From positions 1-29,131 of the forward strand of contig NW_021833183.1 in assembly GCF_006345805.1 (NCBI RefSeq): a DNA stretch of 29,131 bases. Direction: 5' to 3'. The notes beneath the pieces were generated by a model. The model was not told the DNA's origin. It saw only the letters and a list, made by a program, of their open reading frames with translations, and searched no databases. How positions within the stretch are numbered: position 1 is the first letter of the stretch; every line of letters starts with the position of its first letter. Positions 22,101-29,131 of the stretch are shown here, piece after piece. This stretch comes from Octopus sinensis. Lineage: Eukaryota. The position numbers were made by a program, and so were the translations under genes.

Positions 22101-22539
22101 ATTTTCTTTTTCTTATTTCATATCATTTTCAGACGACATTATTACGAATAAATACTTAACTAAATAAAACATAATCTGACTGGTTGGCAAGGAACACCGT
22201 CTGGTCTTCTCTCCAGATCAACATAATTGGACGCCTGTCGATTCTCTGCAGGTTGCAACAAGTATATTCCGAGCGAGGGATTACCATAATTCTCCTGTCA
22301 CCAATATAATGACGTCACATTCAAGCAGAGTTTCTTGCTTTCTCTTCTCCCACCTTTGTTGGTCTTCTTTACCTCACTTTTTTCTCTGTCTTCTCCCTCT
22401 TCCCCACTCCTCTCTCTGTCTCTCAAACAACTCTAGTTTAGATGCTACCTACCTACCTACGTATATAATTATCTATCTCTCTACCTATCAGTTTGTCTCT
22501 CTCCTTCTCAGCCTGTCTTTCCTTCTCGCTCTCTAGCAT

Positions 22540-22607
22540 ACATGTGTATGTATGTATGTATGTATGTATGTATGTATATATGTATGCATGTATGTATGTA
22601 ATGTATG

Positions 22608-22638
<31 letters not shown>

Positions 22639-22644
22639 TGTATG

Positions 22645-22675
<31 letters not shown>

Positions 22676-22681
22676 TGTATG

Positions 22682-22712
<31 letters not shown>

Positions 22713-22726
22713 TGTATGTATGTATG

Positions 22727-22757
<31 letters not shown>

Positions 22758-22842
22758 TGTATGCATGTATGTATGTGTGTATGTGTGATTATGTATGTAT
22801 GTATGTATGTATCTATGTATGTATGTATGTAATGTATGTATG

Positions 22843-22873
<31 letters not shown>

Positions 22874-22996
22874 TGTATGTATGTATCTATGTATGTATCT
22901 ATGTATGTATGTATGTAATATATGTATGTATGTATCTATGTATGTATGTATCTATGTAATGTATGTATGTACGTATGTATTATGTATTATGTAATG

Positions 22997-23027
<31 letters not shown>

Positions 23028-23042
23028 TGCATGTATGTATGT
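22540..23042. repeat. (TATG)n array with periodic TAATG variants
   Basis: TAAT starts at 22599, 22636, 22673, 22710, 22755, 22830, 22871, 22916, 22957, 22992 and 23025. Confidence 0.95.
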
Positions 23043-23495
23043 GCACTCTCGAACACCCCGATGTGTATGTAAAATTTCATACACAATTTAGCCGACATCT
23101 ACAAAATATTTCTGTATATCATTCTTATCAAGAAAGGTGAATCTCGAAGTACATAAAGCTATAAATAACAGCGTATAAATATCGGGCCAAATATCCTTTG
23201 GACTGAAAAGAGTCGAAAGCTGCTTGTGGAACTCGAACCTACATTGCCCATTAAAAAATTATTTCGCATTCTCTAACGTTCTGTGGAATCAACAACATTT
23301 CTGTATATTTCCTAATTCGTTTCGCCATACATTTAGTTCGTTTCGCTTCGTTTTCGATTCCTGGTTTTTGAAACACGGTGGGTGTCACCACCAGTCGACT
23401 AAACAAAGCCATGACACTCGATCAGAACACGTAGAACTATGCCGAAACCCTTTTGTTTTTAACTAAATATTTCTAGTCTGTTCACTTCGCCTCAC

Positions 23496-23563
23496 CTGCT
23501 CGCACCGCCAACGACGTCATCAATGATGCAATATCTTCTTACTCTTGCGACATTGCTTCTCAG
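23496..23563 (-). CDS. Candidate exon (68 nt if internal; or the 3' part of a first coding exon with ATG at 23520)
   Basis: Donor CAG|GTGAGG; possible acceptor tttctatAG. Either LRSNVARVRRYCIIDDVVGGAS or MTSLAVRA reads into the 60-nt candidate exon without a stop. Confidence 0.4.
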
Positions 23564-23829
23564 CTATAGAAATTTCCTCTCGTTTCACAGGCAACGTTTT
23601 CTTGAAACACAGGTCACTCTGACACCATACTTGCTTCGTTCTCGTCCTCTTTTCCTTTCTCCTCCTCCTCCTCCTCCGACTTTCTCGCTCTCTCTTCTTC
23701 TCTTCTCCCCCCCTTTCTTTTCGTTTGGTTTCTTTTTTTCTCACACTTAATTATTTCGTCCTCGTGTACTGAACTTTTCTTTTTTACCTGTTCTATATTA
23801 CTTCCACCCCATCCTCCACCCGTACCATC

Positions 23830-23995
23830 ACATCACCACCACCACCATCGCCACCGCCACCACTGCTGTATTTGCTGCTACTACTATTACTACCGCCGCC
23901 GCCACCACCGCCGCCACCGCCGCCGCCACCGCCGCCGCCATCATCACCACCACCACCACCACCACCACCACCACCACTATTACTACTACTACTAG
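23830..23995. repeat. (CCA)/(CCG)/(CTA) trinucleotide tract
   Basis: Direct reading. Confidence 0.9.
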
Positions 23996-24214
23996 TGTTA
24001 CTTTGTTACTGTTATTTTGTAAATAATAGCGTCGTTGATGACAGATTTCATAAAGACATATTTACACGTTCACGGCATTTCTGATGACGATAGTAAGAAT
24101 GGATTATTCGTGAAATACAACACAAGGTATTTTTAATACAAAAGCGCCAGATTTTCGATTTTTCCATCTTGTTATACTTTGCCGAAAGATCGGTTTCCCT
24201 CTCTACCAAGTTCT

Positions 24215-24290
24215 ATTCATGAAGAAGACACATTGTCCAAGCCTGCTGTGTGGTGGGATCGAACTCGTAAAGCTGTGGTTAAGAAATGGA
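24215..24290 (-). mobile_element. Old SINE head remnant
   Basis: gaagacacattgtccaag...gtggtgggatcgaactcg is a diverged version of the family A head/CORE. Confidence 0.45.
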
Positions 24291-24630
24291 TCTTCAAAGT
24301 ACGCTGTTACGCAATCGACCATTAAGGTACCACTTCATTTACATACATAGACTTCCATAATCGTTAGCTCTATGCACAGTGCACAGACAGACTGATTGAC
24401 ATACAGACAGATACATGTGTGTATGTGTGATTATGTATGTATGTATGTATGTGTGTATGTGTGTATGTATGTGTGCATGTATGTATGTATGTATGTATGT
24501 ATGTATGTATGTATGTATGTATGTATGTATGTATGCATGCATGTATGCATGCATGCATGCATGTATGTATGTATGTATGTACGTATGTATGTATGTATGT
24601 ATGTATGTATGAGTGTGTGTGTATGTATGT

Positions 24631-25563
24631 CATTAGTCAATTTATTTCACGATTTATTCCCAATAGAGAAAGAACCGCTTTCTAACCTAGATCCAAGGTT
24701 CTTTCACTGGAATTTCAACATCAACAACAGGGTATTTTTGTATGTATGTATGTATGTATGTATGTATGTATGTATGTATGTACGTGCAGATTTTTATGTT
24801 TTATGTATATATTCCAATACATATAGTTACATATCTAGACAAGCTCATATATATATTTAAATGATAAACTTCTGGAATGTTTTACAGATTTTTTACAGTT
24901 CCAGTGATGGATTAAATCTGTAGTCTTCGAATTAGCTTTCTCCTTTCTGGTTTTGAAAGCCTAATTTTTCTAGATTGGTATTTAGGCAGTGTCCCAATAA
25001 TTACAAGTATAAATCTGAACTTGTAACATGGATAGAGTAACTGCAGATTTCTCGATAGTTCAGCATAGGTGTTCTCTTTTACACTGATCTTCAGCTCTAT
25101 GTTAACATCCGTTAGGCATCTAATTTCCACAACTGTGCACAGTTTCTCTTCTCTATCCCAAATCATTATATCAGGTCTGTTGTGCTTACATTTTATTGAG
25201 GCCTTCACTGGCACATTCCACCAGTATTCCTTTTTATTATGAGTGGCTATGGTTTCTACCATATGGTGGGTTTTTATTTCTTTGCCCTCGGGATTATCCT
25301 CCCGACGGATTTCATAACAGAGTGTCTTAGCGACAACGTCATGTCTCATCGATAGATAATAAACCCTGATGACATTTTCGGACAACTGCTTATGATGAGA
25401 ATGATATCTTCAGCGTGAGCTCCGCAAAGTCAGCATCGGTTGTCACATTTTACTGTTTTTCCTGCATCTCTATCCCTTTTGTGCATCAGGTACTTGGTTG
25501 ATATTTCCTGTTCCTGGATTGGAAACGCATACCCTTCATAGTGGGCGGTAGTAATCCGGCTAT
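24631..25563 (-). mobile_element. 5'-truncated R4/Dong-type RLE LINE: zinc knuckle, restriction-like endonuclease and 3' UTR
   Basis: EGYAFPIQEQEISTKY...C*LC...ISSCPKMS, then RHDVVAKTL, KHNRPDIMIWD...VVEI...KENTYAEL (PD-(D/E)xK-type). Track ORF 24912-25385. Several frameshifts. (CATA)n on both flanks and inside the 3' UTR. Confidence 0.9.
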
Positions 25564-26257
25564 TATGTATGTATGTATGTATGTATGCATGTATGTATGT
25601 ATGTATGGTATGTATGTATGTATGTATGTATGTATGTATGTATGCATGCATGCATGCATGTATGTATGCATGTATGTATGTATGTATATGTGTGTGTGTG
25701 TATGTATGTATGTATATCTGTTTATGTATGTATGTGTATGTATGAGTATGTGTGTGTATGTGTGTATGAATATATATCTGTATATATGTACGTGCGTGTG
25801 TGTGCTATGTCAGGTCATCCGTAGTGTTACTGCCAACATGCAATCCAGTCTCGGATGGTCGGGCAGTTGGCGACTACCAAACCTCCTTGATAAAGAGGCT
25901 AGATTTCGTTGGACACCCTGCTGAAAGACAAACTAAACCAGCAAAAGGTCGGATGAACTCAGTATGGTCAATGGCCAACCAACAGCTGGCAGTGAAAGAC
26001 CCTCTCGAAAGCCAGAGATTTTGCCCTGGCGTGATTCTAAACTACTTGGCAATATGGGGAGGAGTCCTGGAGACGTCGTTCACCTGCTTTACTTTTCTTC
26101 ACATAGGCGGGGGGAAATGAATAACCGATCTCTGATGTAGCAGTAAAAAAAAAATAAAAACCTTGAAATTTGACTCGCCGATTTGTTTCTGGTCACAGAA
26201 AGAAAATAATGTAGTTCAGACACAGATCAACTTTGGAAAAGGAGGCTTAAAATGTCT

Positions 26258-26324
26258 GTTTACCACAAACATATCCCGTTTACCACAAACGGATCCCGTT
26301 TCCCACAAACGTACCCCGTTTACC
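26258..26324. repeat. 20-bp minisatellite, ~3.3 copies
   Basis: gtttaccacaaac-atatccc / gtttaccacaaac-ggatccc / gtttcccacaaac-gtacccc / gtttacc. Confidence 0.9.
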
Positions 26325-26505
26325 TTACATCCTTGTTTATTCAGAAGTGGCAATTAGTGATTTTATGAACCAAAATGTGATGAGGAAGGACAGATAAAAC
26401 TGAAGTTACTATTGGTTAGAGTGTAGGGAAGTGAGACTGTCTGTAGTCACAACTGAAGATGGCAGGGTAGGAGATGCAGATGCGGTTACTATTAGAGGTG
26501 GTGAA

Positions 26506-26507
<2 letters not shown>

Positions 26508-26573
<66 letters not shown>
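26508..26573. repeat. (GA)n microsatellite
   Basis: Direct reading. Confidence 0.97.
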
Positions 26574-26577
<4 letters not shown>

Positions 26578-26872
26578 AGTTAACATTGGTGGTGGTGAGA
26601 AAAGTGTACAGTTTAGTTATTACTGAAGGTAGTGGAGGATAAGATGCTATAGTATCTACTGGAGGCATTGGTTGTGGGAGGGAAGATAGATTGTAATTAT
26701 TATCGGAGTTGGTGAAGAAAGAGATATTTACCATAGTCACTATTGGAGGTGATGGAAGAGGGGGAGGAGGAGGAGGAGGAAGAGGAGGAAGAGGAGGAGG
26801 AGATACGAACTGTAGTTACTAACTGTGTACCAATTATGATTAGGTACCAATCATTATTATAACAGCGCTTTA

Positions 26873-27086
26873 GGCAGCGAGCTGGCAGAATCGCTGGTAC
26901 GCCGGACAAAAGGCTCAGCGGAATTTCGTCCGTCTTTATGTTCTGAGTTCAAATTCCGCAGAGATCGACTTTGCCTTTCATCCTTTCGGGGTCGATAAAA
27001 TAAGTAGCTCATTAGGGTTGGTGTAATCGACAAGCCCCTACCCCCAAAATTTCGGACCTTGTGCCTTCAGTACAAAGGATTATTAT
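26873..27086 (+). mobile_element. SINE family C, near full length
   Basis: ggcagcgagctggcagaatcg head, B-box gagttcaaattcc (26945-26957), central cctttcatcctttcggggtcgataaa, attatt tail. Confidence 0.88.
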
Positions 27087-27981
27087 ATCAATTTCCATCA
27101 ACAAAAGACGGTTTCAGACAATTCTAATTCGGGTTTTTTCAGTTTTTCGTAATTTTGTTAATGTTTTTTTCTTCATTTTATTTTGTTTCCAATTCTCTTA
27201 GAGAAAACAGTTAATCCCAGCCCTTTCAGCTTCGCATTTATTTCTGTGTTGTAGATGTTTAAAAGTTCTACAACGACTACCAATCTCCAGTTACAGTTAT
27301 TAACACACTTCTATTAGAGATGTTTTCGCGTAATTAATCATTGTAATTGAGAAATACTTGTCACTCATTCTTAATCATTTATCACGCAGCCAATCATCCG
27401 CCCCGCCACTCTCTGTATGGGAATGCCTGTTGTAGCAAAGTTACAAGCTACAGCCCATTTGACTAATATTCTCATTCAGACAACCGCTCTCGTAAATTAC
27501 ACAGTAAATACGAACCGAGAAAATCGTAAAAACCACAGAAAGAAAACTTATTTGCTTCTCTAAATGCGTTCTTTTATATTCACACGGTAATTTATCTCTA
27601 TTCTGGACGATCTGGAATATAAGTAAAGAATATAAATGAAATGTTAAGCCATTTACTTTTGCTTGTCTATTTGCCATAATGTCTACCGTTTCAATAGGAT
27701 TAAGGGACAAAAGTGAAAAAAAAAAAAAAAAAATAGGACACGATAAAACTTTAATAATGGCTTTTAAAATTGATACGAAAAACATTATAGGGGAGAGAGA
27801 TGTATTCAGTTGAATAAACTCCTGTATACCACAAGTATTTATTTGATCGAAACTGTTTTGATGAAAAGCTAAGTCATTCCCATGTTATTTGAATTCAGAC
27901 TCAGAACGTGGCAAGAAAATGTGTAGAAAATGCAGATTAAAACAGAATACTGTATTGCCGAGTATCTCTCAGAGCAGAGTC

Positions 27982-28241
27982 TAGTCCGGTGACGACGGAA
28001 TTTTCCATTATATTAGACTATATTTATCTGCGAAGGGGAAATAAATAAATATTTCATTTTTAATGTTCAGATAGTTGCCACAGTTGCCTTTTTTTTTTTA
28101 AAAAAAAAACATAAACAGAAGGCCTCGGGTTCAGGGGAGGCTCAAAGTCGATCGACTCATTCCCTGTACATGGCTGGTACTTTGGTTCATCGGCCCTGGA
28201 ACGATGAAAGGCAAAGTTGGCCTTGATGCAATTTAAAGTTA

Positions 28242-28318
<77 letters not shown>

Positions 28319-28644
28319 CTGTGTGTGTGCACTTACATATAGTATATTTAGCCAGGAGGTTCAAAAGTTTCCGACAAACCTCATTCGTCGAAGCACTCAT
28401 GTGCAAACACACACGAACACACAGTCCACTTATAATGTTACTCGTATGGCCCTGTGGTTATAAGAAAAGCAAAATCAAATGTGGGAAGAAGAAAGTGTGG
28501 TAAAGGGACAGATAAATATCAAATGCTAGAGTGTCTAGCCATAGTCCAGTGACGACGGAATTTTCCGTTATATTAGACTATATTTATCTGTATATGGACA
28601 TAAATAAATATTTCATCTTTAATGTTCAGATAGTTGCCACAGTT
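27982..28644. repeat. Dispersed direct repeat, ~104 bp x 2, 560 bp apart
   Basis: 27982-28085 and 28542-28644 share tagtcc.gtgacgacggaattttcc.ttatattagactatatttatctg...taaataaatatttcat.tttaatgttcagatagttgccacagtt. Confidence 0.93.
28111..28240 (-). mobile_element. SINE family C-related, 5'-truncated
   Basis: Minus strand ggccaactttgcctttcatcgttccagggccgatgaaccaaagtaccag. Confidence 0.7.
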
Positions 28645-29131
28645 TTTGGGTTCGTTTCTTTTTTCTTTTTACCTGCATAAAATTTGTCCCTTTTTAATTT
28701 GTAAAAACTACATTTTCTCAATTCGCTAACGCATGACTTTGATCTTTGACAGACTCTCCATTCGATGCTGTGATCAGTCGCTGTCCAGTTAGTTGTTAAA
28801 TGCCGACAGTTATCGAAACTCTGAGTTTTAGTATGACAACCAAATAGTTGTCACATATTATATTTATAGATAAAGTCCTCTGTTTTACATAATATCGAAG
28901 TCTCATTCATTCTTTTGCTGTCATATCATTATTATTAATACATACACATACACACACACATATATATGTATGTATGTATACACACACACACACACACTCA
29001 CACACACACATTTCGTTTTTGTAGTTGGTTTGCAAGATTCTCTATGAGAATTCGTGTTTTGAAGCATATTTTATTTTCTGGTGAGAGTCATTCTCTTTTA
29101 GTGCCTTATTAGTGTGTGTCTGTGTGGAGGC

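Noticed and set aside
26258-26324. Repeat-spacer pattern resembling a mini CRISPR array
   Set aside because: 13-nt repeat and 7-nt variable part are far too short, and the variable parts resemble each other.

Overview
Eukaryotic, AT-rich and almost entirely non-coding DNA, saturated with microsatellites and decayed transposons. The repeat families look like those of an octopod cephalopod; this is an inference from remembered family resemblance, not a database hit. Most ORFs in the supplied track are translations of microsatellites. I found no intact protein-coding gene, rRNA, CRISPR array or prokaryotic system. Supported content: a 5'-truncated CR1-type LINE RT (5465-6703), two remnants of an R4/Dong-type RLE LINE (1945-2400 and 24631-25563), a CRE-type RLE fragment (2404-2602), a Penelope RT remnant (16930-17490), Penelope-type terminal repeats, two non-autonomous Helitrons (one nested in a TTAA/piggyBac-like MITE), several MITEs and three tRNA-derived SINE families. 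Best leads: (i) three minimal hammerhead-ribozyme folds in Penelope-type tails, each with a different deviation; (ii) two short minus-strand exon candidates with near-consensus splice sites (23496-23563 and 21380-21439), suggesting the window lies largely within introns of an unidentified gene; (iii) a SINE whose Pol III B-box segment is amplified 7 x 32 nt; (iv) a 99-bp-arm inverted repeat inside the nested Helitron; (v) an RLE LINE embedded in (CATA)n at both ends.
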